A DNA stretch of 63,725 nt, counting the filler, from Welwitschia mirabilis (lineage: Eukaryota), in assembly GCA_051453625.1 (NCBI GenBank). It is 7 parts of one record of this genome, joined end to end, with 100 filler letters (N's around TTAATTAATTAA, not from the genome) between each part and the next. Parts side by side here need not be neighbours in the genome. Positions count along the whole stretch, not along the records: positions 1 to 10,896 come from JBOZIK010000001.1; 6 more parts are not named here. The stretch is one strand, 5' to 3'. Under the pieces are notes generated by a model. The model did not search any database and was not told the origin of the DNA. It saw nothing but the letters and a program-made list of their open reading frames with translations. Both the position numbers and the translations under genes were made by a program. Shown piece by piece: positions 1 through 10,996 of this stretch; the first letter of the stretch is position 1, and each line of letters opens with the position of its first letter.

Positions 1-29
1 AGACTATACATTTAATAGATCAGATGAGA

Positions 30-1900
30 AATTTGATGATGATGAATGGCTTTTCTAGCCAAAAGATTTAGGAAATTTCTTCATAGGAAAAAGAAAGGAG
101 AATCTAGCAAGAATGCAAAGAGAGATAATCCAAAACAAAGAAGGGAGTAAGAAAAGGGGAAATAAATCCAATGCTACTCATGTAAAGGATTTGGACATAT
201 AGCTAATGAGTGTTCTAACATAAGGAGAGATAACAGAAATTTAAGGAATCCCTCATTCATGGCTACTTGGAATAATAAAGATGATGAAGATGAAGAAAAC
301 TATTCAGATCATAAATCAGCCAGAGATAGAAGATTGTCTTTTATGGCTTTTATGTCATAACTCAAAAATGTTCCTAGCACATCAATACTTGATGATTTAG
401 ATATGATAAATGAAAAGAAAAATGAGCTAGAAGACACATGTCAAGAATTGTATGAGAAGTGTAAAAAGCAAGCTAATAGAATAAATGAGTTGAATAGAAC
501 CATGAAGTCTATTACCAAAAAAAAGGAGGTATTAGAAGAGAAATACAATGTGCTCAAATCTAACAAGATCAAGCTAATTTATCAGGTAAAAAATCTTTTT
601 TTTCGGATAAATAAATTTTCTAATAACTCTTCTAAATTGGAACAGATGCTTAGAGTAAGAAATCCCACTGGAGACAAGTCAGGTATTGGCTTTAGTTCAC
701 AAAAATCGTAAAAACAAGTAAATCAGACGAGTAAGTATGTGCCTAATATTTTGTGTAGTTTTTGTGGTGAATTTGGTCATTCAAAATCTTTTTGCAAAGT
801 TAGACAATTAATGATTTTCTCTAAAACTATAAACGCCTTGTCTTTTAAGTTTATTCCTAAGAAAAGTATACCACCAAAGTCTAATAAGACTAAGTGGGTT
901 AAANNNNNNNNNNNNNNNNNNNNNNNNNNNNNNNNNNNNNNNNNNNNNNNNNNNNNNNNNNNNNNNNNNNNNNNNNNNNNNNNNNNNNNNNNNNNNNNNN
1001 NNNCATTCGAAATCTTTTTTCAAAGTTAGATAATTAATGCTTTTATTTAAAACTATAAACACCTTGCCTTTTAAGTTTATTCTTAAGAAAAGTATACCAC
1101 CTAAGTCTAATAAGACTACGTGGGTTAAAGTTAATAATTTTTAAAGTTTTTTGACATAGATGAATTTCAAAGAATCATGTATGAATAGTTGGTATTTAGA
1201 TAATGGTTTCTCAAGGCATATGTCAAAAGAAAGATCAAGCTTTCAACACTTGAAGAGCATAAAGAAAGGATAAGTTATCTTTGAAAATAACAAAATAGCA
1301 AAAATAGAAGGTACTAGATGCATCAAGGGAGGTATGTTATCCAAAATTGATAATGTTCTTTATGTAAATGGATTGAATCATAAGTTATTAAGTGTAAGTC
1401 AATTATGTGACAAAGGTCATAGAATAATTTTTGAAAAATCAAAATGTACTATTGTAGACAAGAAAATGAGTGCTTCTATCTTTTTTTTTCAAAATGTGTG
1501 GATAACACTTATAGAATAGATATTAATTTGATTGATCAATTAGTCCATGTAAATCATGATTTTAGACTAAATTTTAATAGAACTAAATGTTTTCTGGCAA
1601 ATTCTAATATAACTCCCCATGTGGGTAATTAATCTGTTAATCATGAAAATGATATNNNNNNNNNNNNNNNNNNNNNNNNNNNNNNNNNNNNNNNNNNNNN
1701 NNNNNNNNNNNNNNNNNNNNNNNNNNNNNNNNNNNNNNNNNNNNNNNNNNNNNNNAGACGAGAAAATGAGTGCTTCTATCTTTTTTTTCAAAATGTATGG
1801 ATAACACTTATAGAATAGATATTAATTTGATTGATCAATTAGTTTATGTAAATCATGATGTTAGACTAAATTTTAATAGAACTAAATGTTTTATGGCAAA
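30..1900 (+). pseudogene. Copia gag-protease(-pre-integrase) relic with stops and frameshifts
   Basis: ORF fragments 403-711, 739-903 and 1334-1519 carry the gag, zinc-knuckle and aspartic-protease motifs. Segments are duplicated on either side of N gaps. Confidence 0.85.
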
Positions 1901-2344
1901 TACTAATGTAACTCCCCCTGTGGGTAATTAATCTGTTAATCATAAAAATGATATGGGGGATAAGTCATTATCCTTTGGCTAATTTAGAGTGGTCGAACAG
2001 ATTTATGATTTGGTTGACTGAATGTGGTCGGTTAATCAAACTGAAAGTCTGGTCACCTGGACCCCTTCTAGTACTATAGACCTACGTCTCGATGGGTTGA
2101 CTAGAACCTAAAATGGTCGACTAGACCTGATGGATTACAGTGCAGAATACATTCGGTGAGCTCAATTTCTTTATTCATTTCACCCTATTTCCTTTAGTCT
2201 ATAAAAGAGATAGAATCATAACTTAAATTCATTATGTTATAGCCCTATTTAGCTCTCAGATCTAGTGATTTTCTTTCAAGATTTCAAGCTCTTACTTTTA
2301 GATCTAGTGTTTTTCTTAGTTCTTGTATTAGAAAGGGTCTTAGA

Positions 2345-3097
2345 ATGGCTAAAAGTTCATCCAAAAGAAGAGAAAAGGAGGATTATTCAAGAGAACCAAC
2401 ATTCTTCTACCAAGGAATGTTTGATGAAGATGTTGAGAGGTTCACTGAGAAGTTTGAGAAGAAGGTCATGTACCAAGAATGTTCTATAGCTACTTCAGAT
2501 CTTAGAAAACTTAAGGAAGTCATTCAGCTCTTAATAAATCAAGATCTTAACCATTTCTTGGATGTTTCAGGTTTTGCTTATTCATTTATTAGTAGGATGT
2601 TTTATTATAATGCCTTTTTTGATCATGATTCCAGGACTCTTGAAACCCTTATTTTAGGTAAGAGGATGAGAGTGACATCAAACTTTATCTCAGAGCTGAC
2701 TGATATTCTAAGGGGAGATTATGAGGAGTTTTGCCCTCTTAGGGACACAATGGAAGATAAAATTGTGATGGCTAGGGAGCTTTGTGATAGAGTTCACTCT
2801 TGGAAGCATACTTTGTCTACCTCTTTGTTGACTCCTAAATATTGTTTTCTTCATTTGGTTTTTACTTATAACTTTTTACCTTTAGCTAGTCATCATGATG
2901 AGGCCTCCTGTTATCAAGCTTATTTAGTGTATTTAATAGGAACTGAGCATTCTATTGATACTTCTGCCATAATACTAAAGAATATGGTTTCGCAGTTGGA
3001 GTACAATAGAACTAGTGCTTTACCCTACTCTGTGCTTATCACTAGCATTTGTCACTACTTTTATGTCAACTTCCATCCTAAGTTAGAAACCTTTTAG
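2345..3097 (+). CDS. env-like / 'putative plant transposon protein' extra ORF of the Sirevirus-like element (250 aa open; ancestrally longer)
   Basis: Uninterrupted ORF containing FYYN, LHLVFTYNFLP and ALPYSVLITSIC. It sits between protease and the PPTs. The duplicated copy has CAG (3758-3760) where this copy has TAG (3095-3097). An acidic tail EEEEKEESD ends near 3402. Confidence 0.7.
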   Translation: MAKSSSKRREKEDYSREPTFFYQGMFDEDVERFTEKFEKKVMYQECSIATSDLRKLKEVIQLLINQDLNHFLDVSGFAYSFISRMFYYNAFFDHDSRTLETLILGKRMRVTSNFISELTDILRGDYEEFCPLRDTMEDKIVMARELCDRVHSWKHTLSTSLLTPKYCFLHLVFTYNFLPLASHHDEASCYQAYLVYLIGTEHSIDTSAIILKNMVSQLEYNRTSALPYSVLITSICHYFYVNFHPKLETF

Positions 3098-4589
3098 CTA
3101 ATGTTGTCCATTGGGTATGTGACTTTATCTCGCATGCATATCTTTGCCTCCTCCAAAAAATCTCCTTCTACTATGCTTAAGGAAGCATCTCCTGATGAGA
3201 CTCANNNNNNNNNNNNNNNNNNNNNNNNNNNNNNNNNNNNNNNNNNNNNNNNNNNNNNNNNNNNNNTGAAAAAATCCCTCATTGCAGTTTGATATAACAT
3301 TACGAATACCTCAGTTCAGCTCCCATTGAAGGAGATGAGGAAGAATTAGATAAAGACTCTAAAGAGGAGAAAGAAGAAGAAGAAAAGGAAGAGTCTGATT
3401 GAAATCTTTTGTTTTCAAATTATGTTTTCATTCTTTTCTTTGCCATTGATGTCAAAAAGGAGGAGAATTAGTTGTGTTTATTTGTGTGTGTATTAAACTT
3501 TTTATACGCTCTTGATGAGAACTTTTATCTTGTAATCCTTGCATGTTAATTTGTAATATGTTTACTCATAATGTAATAGAATTATCTATTTTGGCACAAT
3601 CTTTGTATCATTTGGTATATNNNNNNNNNNNNNNNNNNNNNNNNNNNNNNNNNNNNNNNNNNNNNNNNNNNNNNNNNNNNNNNNNNNNNNNNNNNNNNNN
3701 NNNNNNNNNNNNNNNNNNNNTTTTTGTGTCAACTTCCATCCTAAGTTAGAAACCTTTCAGCTAATGTTGCCCATTGGGAATGTGACTTTATCTCACATGC
3801 ATATATTTGCCCCCTCCAAGAAATCTCCTTCTGCTATGCTTAAGGAAGCATCTCCTGATGAGACTCACTCATATCTAAAATGGATTGACTCTCGTATCAA
3901 ACACATGAAAGAATCCCTCATTGCAGCTTGATATAACATTGCAGATACCTCAGTTCAGCTCACAATGAAGGAGATTAGGAAGAATTAGATAAAGACTCTA
4001 AAGAGGAGGAAGACAAAGAAGAAAAGGAAGAGTCTGATTGAAATCTTTTATTTCAAATTATGTTTTTATTCTTTCCTTTGCCATTAATGTCAAAAAGGAG
4101 GAGAATTAGTTATGTTTATTTGTGTGTGTATTAAACTTCTTGTACGCTTTTGATGAGAACTTTTATATTGTAATCCTTGCATGTTAATTTGTAATGTGTT
4201 TACTCATAATGTAATAGAATTATCTATTTTAGTATAATCTTTGTATCATTTGGTATATCACATTTGATATTGTGACATCATATGTACTTATTTTGGAAAG
4301 CTTAAAATCATTATAACATTTGGAAATGAACCAAAATATTTGTATCATCTAATTAGATAAGTGTTCTTGATCACATTATAATTATCATAAAAATATGCCT
4401 TTTTATTTTCTCAATTGTGCATATTAAATTAGTTTCACTTAAAAGCATAAAATATTGTTTGTCCTAAATGCCTTAACTTGTCTCAATTTGGATTATTACT
4501 TTGAAAATGAACATTTTGTAAGGGTGATGTTTTTCTATGAATTTTAATTTTTGTCACAACTAAGTATTGTTTACCAGTAATATCAAAGG

Positions 4590-6857
4590 GAAAGGTCATT
4601 AGATTATTTTTTGCCAATTGATGTCAAAGTAATGTCTTCTGTATAGCAAATGTTGTATATTTTGTGTAGATGATATTAAAGCTTTTATAGGTTGAAAGAT
4701 GGAACTAAAATATGCACCAGAAATCCATTTATTAGTTTACCCTCCAAAGGGGTTAACCAGATCCTTAAGGAGTCGATTACACTTGAAGCTATCAAAGGAA
4801 AATGAAATGCATCTAGAGGGGTCGACTAGATTTTCATGTGGTTAATCGGACCTATAACTTGGAGAACTAGTGTTCCTGAACTAAATGGAAAAGGTCGACT
4901 AGATTTTCATGGGATCGACCAGATTGAAGAGCTAACAGACAGCATTTCTAGACTAAGAGACAAGAGGCTGACTGGATCCAGGATGGGGTCGACTGAGTCA
5001 AGCAGACCTAGATGGAATCGATAAGACATGAAGACATAAAAATTTGAGATGACTGGATCTTTATCTCAGGTGACCTGTGTAACTCATGGCACCACATGGG
5101 GTTGACCGAATTTTTTTGGGGTCGACTGGATGGAACAGAAATGAAATTTTTATNNNNNNNNNNNNNNNNNNNNNNNNNNNNNNNNNNNNNNNNNNNNNNN
5201 NNNNNNNNNNNNNNNNNNNNNNNNNNNNNNNNNNNNNNNNNNNNNNNNNNNNNATGTAACTCATGGCACCACATGGGGTTGATCGAATTTTTATGGGGTC
5301 GACTGGATGGAACAGAAATGAAATTTTTATAAACATTATATATCCATTATCTATCCATTAGATAGCCGTTTTCTAATCGTTTATAGCAGTTGGAGGCACA
5401 ATTCAAATGTGCTAAATCATAATAGCCTTTTCTTATAAATATTTAAGCTATAGATGACTAAGAAATCTTTTAGAATAATTCTCATTTAGCAAAATCATTT
5501 GAATCTGAAAGATCAAGCTGTGCATTCACATTATTGTCATTATTGTATCTTGACTTCTTCATATCTAACTAGAGGAGATCCATCATTATCATATTTGCTT
5601 CATTCAAAGTCAGATTTAGAGCATCATTGGTTGTACTTCTATAGGAGGAAAGCTCTATCTATTGTACTATTTTTAGAATAACTGATATCTGGGCTATTGA
5701 GGCATCACTACATCACTACCTTATTTTCTATAGGTTAAGACTAAGCCCTGAGAAGTCTGTGCTATAGGTTGAGAATAAGCCTTGAAAAGTCTGTTCTAAA
5801 GTTTAAGACTTACCTAGAAAAGTTCATTTATAAAGGTTATAGGTAAACTTGAAATACCTAGTAGAGTAACAAATATCTGAGATCTAACTTAGGAGAAGCT
5901 GATCATTGAGAGTGGAGTAGAAGAATTTTCCAAACCATTATAAATCTAGCTTACATCAAATTGGTAGTTTGAGATNNNNNNNNNNNNNNNNNNNNNNNNN
6001 NNNNNNNNNNNNNNNNNNNNNNNNNNNNNNNNNNNNNNNNNNNNNNNNNNNNNNNNNNNNNNNNNNNNNNNNNNNAGAAATGAAATTTTTATAAACATTA
6101 TATATCCATTATCTATCCATTAGATAGCCATTTTCTAACCATTTATAGCCATTAGAGGAGCAATTCAAATGTGCTAAATCATAATAGCCTTTCATTATAA
6201 ATATTTAAGCTATAGATGACTAAGAAATCTTTTGGAATAATTCTCATTTAGCAAAATCATTTGGATCTGAAATATCAAGCTATGCATTCACATTATTATC
6301 ATTATTGTATCTTAGCTTCTTCATATCTGACTAGAGGAGATCCATCATTAACATATTTTCTTCATTCAAAGTCAGATCTAGAGCATCATTGGTTGTACTT
6401 TTATAGGAGGAGAGCTCTATCTATTGTACATCACTACCTTATTTTCTATAGGTTAAGAGTAAGCCTTGAGAAGTCTGTGCTATAAGTTGAGAATAAGCCT
6501 TGAAAATTCTATTCTAAAGTTTAAGACGTAGCCTAGAAAAGTCCATTTGTAAAAGTTATAGGTGAACTTGAAATACCTAGTAGAGTAACAAATATCTGAG
6601 ATCTAACTTAGGAGAAGTTGATCATCGAGAGTGAAGTAGGAGAGTTTTCCAAACCACTATAAATCTGGCTTACATTAAATTAGTAGTTTGTAATATTAGT
6701 TTTTAATTCTTTTCTTTCAGCACTTTATATTTTTGTGCACTTCGTAGAATAATTTATTTATGTATGCAAGTTGTGTTTTATATTAATTTATTTCAAATTA
6801 TTTGTTAAGTTTTTGAAATAACCTATTAACCCCCTCCACCCCGCTTCAGGGTTCTAG
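4590..6857 (+). repeat. 3' LTR of the Sirevirus-like element (start approximate; 5317-5975 duplicated at 6076-6690)
   Basis: GGTCGACY-type motif cluster at 4770-5310, TATA-like CTTATAAATA near 5432, and terminal CCTATTAACCCCCTCC at about 6822-6837, resembling the Sirevirus C-rich LTR end. It ends at an N gap. Confidence 0.65.
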
Positions 6858-6949
6858 NNNNNNNNNNNNNNNNNNNNNNNNNNNNNNNNNNNNNNNNNNN
6901 NNNNNNNNNNNNNNNNNNNNNNNNNNNNNNNNNNNNNNNNNNNNNNNNN

Positions 6950-7045
6950 TAAGATAAGGGAGAGAGTTGAGAGACCTCTTAACATGCTTAGCTTCTATGT
7001 GTCTAATGGATATTTTGGCCAAGTGATCAGGGGTTCACTATAGTT
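6950..7045 (+). repeat. Dispersed repeat; inverted copy at about 56980-57077
   Basis: GCTTAGCTTCTATGTGTCTAATGGATATTTTGGCCAAGTGA is a near-perfect reverse complement of TCACTTGGCCAAAATATCCATTAGACACACAGAAGCTAAGC at about 57000-57040. Confidence 0.8.
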
Positions 7046-9979
7046 TTGAGTATACATTTTGTGTTTATTTTATTATTGGTTAAATGCATTTTATATCATA
7101 TTTGCATTACAGCCTTATTAGGGTGACCAATTCTGATCCTCAAGAATCTATTTAGGCTAGGAACTCCTTCTCAGAAAAACCTTAAGGCTTATGGTATTGA
7201 TGTATTATTTATTATAAGTTTTTAGTACTTCCAATTATGCTTATTTATTTATAATACAAATTCACAGTCATTAATTTATTTTATTTCTGTAAACTAGTAT
7301 GATTTTTTTTGTGCTTAGCTTAGTTAAAGTTTACTATTTGTTCTTTTTAAGTCAAGTAATTTAAGAAAGTCATAACTCATTTAACACTAAGTAAAATTTT
7401 ATGAAATTTTTTATATAGATCTATAATTCTATTAGGAAGTTAAAAGTTTTAAACAGTAATTTTTCTAAGGCTAAATAATGTTTAAAATTTATTTTATAAA
7501 AATATCTTAGAATTTATAAGTAGAAAATAGCAAGCAAACAGTTTTAGTTTTCCAAATTTATAGGGCATTTGGAATGAATATGAAGTAGTCTAACTTATTG
7601 AAATTTTAATAAGCTTTCCAAAATGTATTTCCACATTGAAAACCCTCAAGTATATTAAACATTATAACAATTTTAGTGAAGGGTATTCATTTAGTAATTT
7701 AATAAATTAGGTAGTTTTTATACTTTAAAGTTTGGGCCTATAAAATACATCTAGGATAATTCAAACATATTAAAATTAGTTTTGAGGAATATTATANNNN
7801 NNNNNNNNNNNNNNNNNNNNNNNNNNNNNNNNNNNNNNNNNNNNNNNNNNNNNNNNNNNNNNNNNNNNNNNNNNNNNNNNNNNNNNNNNNNNNNNNTGTG
7901 ATGAATATGAAGTAGTCTAACTTATTGAAATTTGAATAAGCTTTCAAAAATGTATTTCCACATTGAAAACCTTTAAGTAGATTAAACATTATAGCCATTT
8001 TAGTGAAGGGTAGTCATTTAGTAATTTAATAAATTAGGTAGTTTTTATACTTTAAAGTTTGGCCTTGTAAAATACATCTAGGATAATTCAAACATATTAA
8101 AATTAGTTTTAAGGGATATTATAATGAGTCTAATTTAAGGAAATTAAGTCTATCTTATTTTTACATTTTCAAATANNNNATGATAAATTTTTAGATTTAA
8201 TATCTTCTAAAAGATAAGAAAATTTGTAATTAATTTTAATAATTATAAAAAATTATCTAATGCAAGTATCAAATTATTTTTAATATTATATATGATTTTT
8301 GGTTAAGTTATGTTTATTTTTTTATCCTTTTTATATTAAAATTTAGGCTCTCATTCTTTTCTTTCATGCATAAGTACTTAATAATTCTAGAGATGTGTAA
8401 CCCAATTAATTAGCTTTAGTAATATCTTTTTCTAATAAGATATGAATATATTTTACCTAACTATATTTTGATATAAACCCGTAGCAATGATAAAAGGGGT
8501 CTTCAAGTTGGCTTAGTTTCTTGAATGGAGCATGTTTTTATGATAGAACTTGTATGTATTAATATGTCTTATTTGAAAGAGTTACTATAATGTAGAAGAA
8601 TGAAGAAATGCTTTCTTTCATTTATTTTTNNNNNNNNNNNNNNNNNNNNNNNNNNNNNNNNNNNNNNNNNNNNNNNNNNNNNNNNNNNNNNNNNNNNNNN
8701 NNNNNNNNNNNNNNNNNNNNNNNNNNNNNNNNNNNNNNNNNNNNNNNNNNNNNNNNNNNNNNNNNNNNNNNNNNNNNNNNNNNNNNNNNNNNNNNNNNNN
8801 NNNNNNNNNNNNNNNNNNNNNNNNNNNNNNNNNNNNNNNNNNNNNNNNNNNNNNNNNNNNNNNNNNNNNNNNNNNNNNNNNNNNNNNNNNNNNNNNNNNN
8901 NNNNNNNNNNNNNNNNNNNNNNNNNNNNNNNNNNNNNNNNNNNNNNNNNNNNNNNNNNNNNNNNNNNNNNNNNNNNNNNNNNNNNNNNNNNNNNNNNNNN
9001 NNNNNNNNNNNNNNNNNNNNNNNNNNNNNNNNNNNNNNNNNNNNNNNNNNNNNNNNNNNNNNNNNNNNNNNNNNNNNNNNNNNNNNNNNNNNNNNNNNNN
9101 NNNNNNNNNNNNNNNNNNNAACAACCCACTAAATATTCACATATTGTATACTTGCATTTGTATGGTGTATTCATTTAACTAAACTAAGATAATATCAATA
9201 ATTATTCATCCCTATACTTAGATTCCATCAGCAAGGTGGGTTGCATTGTACTTTTATTTCCAAACACTTTTAGAAGTGGATATGATCACCACTATCCTGT
9301 CCTACCCATGCATGAACTTACTCCGATTTAATATCTTAATCCCTTGGTATCAAAGGATCATGTTGCATCATCTTGTGATGCTTCAAGGAAGTAGGGGTCA
9401 CTTTTAAGCATGCATCTACCTCATGTACCACCTGTCACCTATATTAAGGGTATATCAAGGTGAATTCTAAGCTTATGGAGTTGAGCCCAACCATGTTTGT
9501 ATATTCTAGAACCTAAAGTAGAACTAACTCACTTCTAGAGAGTGGCCAGATATCGAGTTGAAATGTTATTAATAAGGGATGAAACATCCTATTCTTCTAT
9601 TATATTGGTTAGGCACTATCGTAAAACTTCTTCATTGTATGTGATAAAATAAGTTAACATNNNNNNNNNNNNNNNNNNNNNNNNNNNNNNNNNNNNNNNN
9701 NNNNNNNNNNNNNNNNNNNNNNNNNNNNNNNNNNNNNNNNNNNNNNNNNNNNNNNNNNNNNNNNNNNNNNNNNNNNNNNNNNNNNNNNNNNNNNNNNNNN
9801 NNNNNNNNNNNNNNNNNNNNNNNNNNNNNNNNNNNNNNNNNNNNNNNNNNNNNNNNNNNNNNNNNNNNNNNNNNNNNNNNNNNNNNNNNNNNNNNNNNNN
9901 NNNNNNNNNNNNNNNNNNNNNNNNNNNNNNNNNNNNNNNNNNNNNNNNNNNNNNNNNNNNNNNNNNNNNNNNNNNNNNN

Positions 9980-10330
9980 AGAAATTAATTATATTCATGA
10001 TAATCCTTATCCATATAGAAATTATGGAATTAATTATCTCATAAGCATCCCAAGTCATAAATAATTATGAAATTAATTATATTTATAGCTACCTTAATTA
10101 ACCAATAATCATGAAGTAAATTATACCTATCATGATTCTATTTTATGAATCATCTTGAAGTTGGTTATATTTAAGTTAATCCTCCTTTCCTAAGAAAAAA
10201 TTAAATTAGTTATATTTATAATAATCCTAATCCTTAAATAATCATGAATTTAATTATATAGATGATGGTCCTAATCTTAAATAATCATGAATTTAATGAT
10301 GATTATAACCCATAAACAATTAAATAAATT
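9980..10330. repeat. Degenerate AT-rich tandem repeat, unit about 41 bp
   Basis: The motif AATAATCATGAA(A/T)TTAATTATAT recurs about every 41 bp. Confidence 0.6.
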
Positions 10331-10940
10331 ACAATCATGATTACCTTAATGGCCATGTAGTAATTATGCTCATGATAATCTTAGTTACTAAATAATTACA
10401 CTTATAAAAATCATAATGATCAATTAACTATAAGTTGATTATACCCATGATAAGAATAACCTTGAAATAATCATTAAGTTAATCACATCCACGAGAAGTC
10501 TTTTAAGTAATCTTAAATAGATAATTAGTTTGTAATTATGTCATTAAAAATCAAATTACCTTATAGATAGGGATAATGATCTTTACTTATGAAAACCATA
10601 ATCTCATATTATAGTTTTTCTAGCTTGATTACCTTAAGAAAAACATAAATGAATATATTATAAGTATATATACCCTTAATATATAAATATATAAATCAAA
10701 TTAAACCTTTCTCTAACTTATATTAAATGCATAATGTTATATAATTCTTCCATGCTTTCTAATTTCAACCCCTATAAGGAACTCATGAGTCTAATAAAAC
10801 AAATCCCTTTATGAGTAAGGAAGAGGAATTAATTATTTAATTTAAATTAATTGCCTAATGGTCATATGAACTTCAACTTTTAATTTAATCTTTATCNNNN
10901 NNNNNNNNNNNNNNNNNNNNNNNNNNNNNNNNNNNNNNNN

Positions 10941-10952
10941 TTAATTAATTAA
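10941..10952. other. Artificial six-frame-stop linker TTAATTAATTAA inside an N gap (also at 13630, 31107, 45002, 56666 and 61832)
   Basis: The same 12-mer is embedded in Ns six times, typically as 44 N + 12 + 44 N = 100 bp. Confidence 0.95.
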
Positions 10953-10996
10953 NNNNNNNNNNNNNNNNNNNNNNNNNNNNNNNNNNNNNNNNNNNN

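Larger units (their letters stand above)
1..6857 (+). mobile_element. Sirevirus (SIRE/Maximus)-like Ty1/copia LTR retrotransposon, degenerate and lacking INT-RT-RH; 5' end lies outside the window
   Basis: gag has two CCHC knuckles (CYSCKGFGHIANEC 172-213; CSFCGEFGHSKSFC about 754-795) separated by a coiled coil and KLEQML..DKSGIGF. Protease motif WYLDNGFSRHM at 1190-1222, then LLSVSQLCDKG. These are followed by an extra ORF, PPT-like GATGTCAAAAAGGAGGAG tracts, and an LTR with GTCGAC motifs and a C-rich end. Confidence 0.8.

Noticed and set aside
10941..10952. TTAATTAATTAA as a piggyBac-type TTAA site or biological palindrome
   Set aside because: It is always embedded in Ns with fixed spacing, so it is a synthetic assembly linker.
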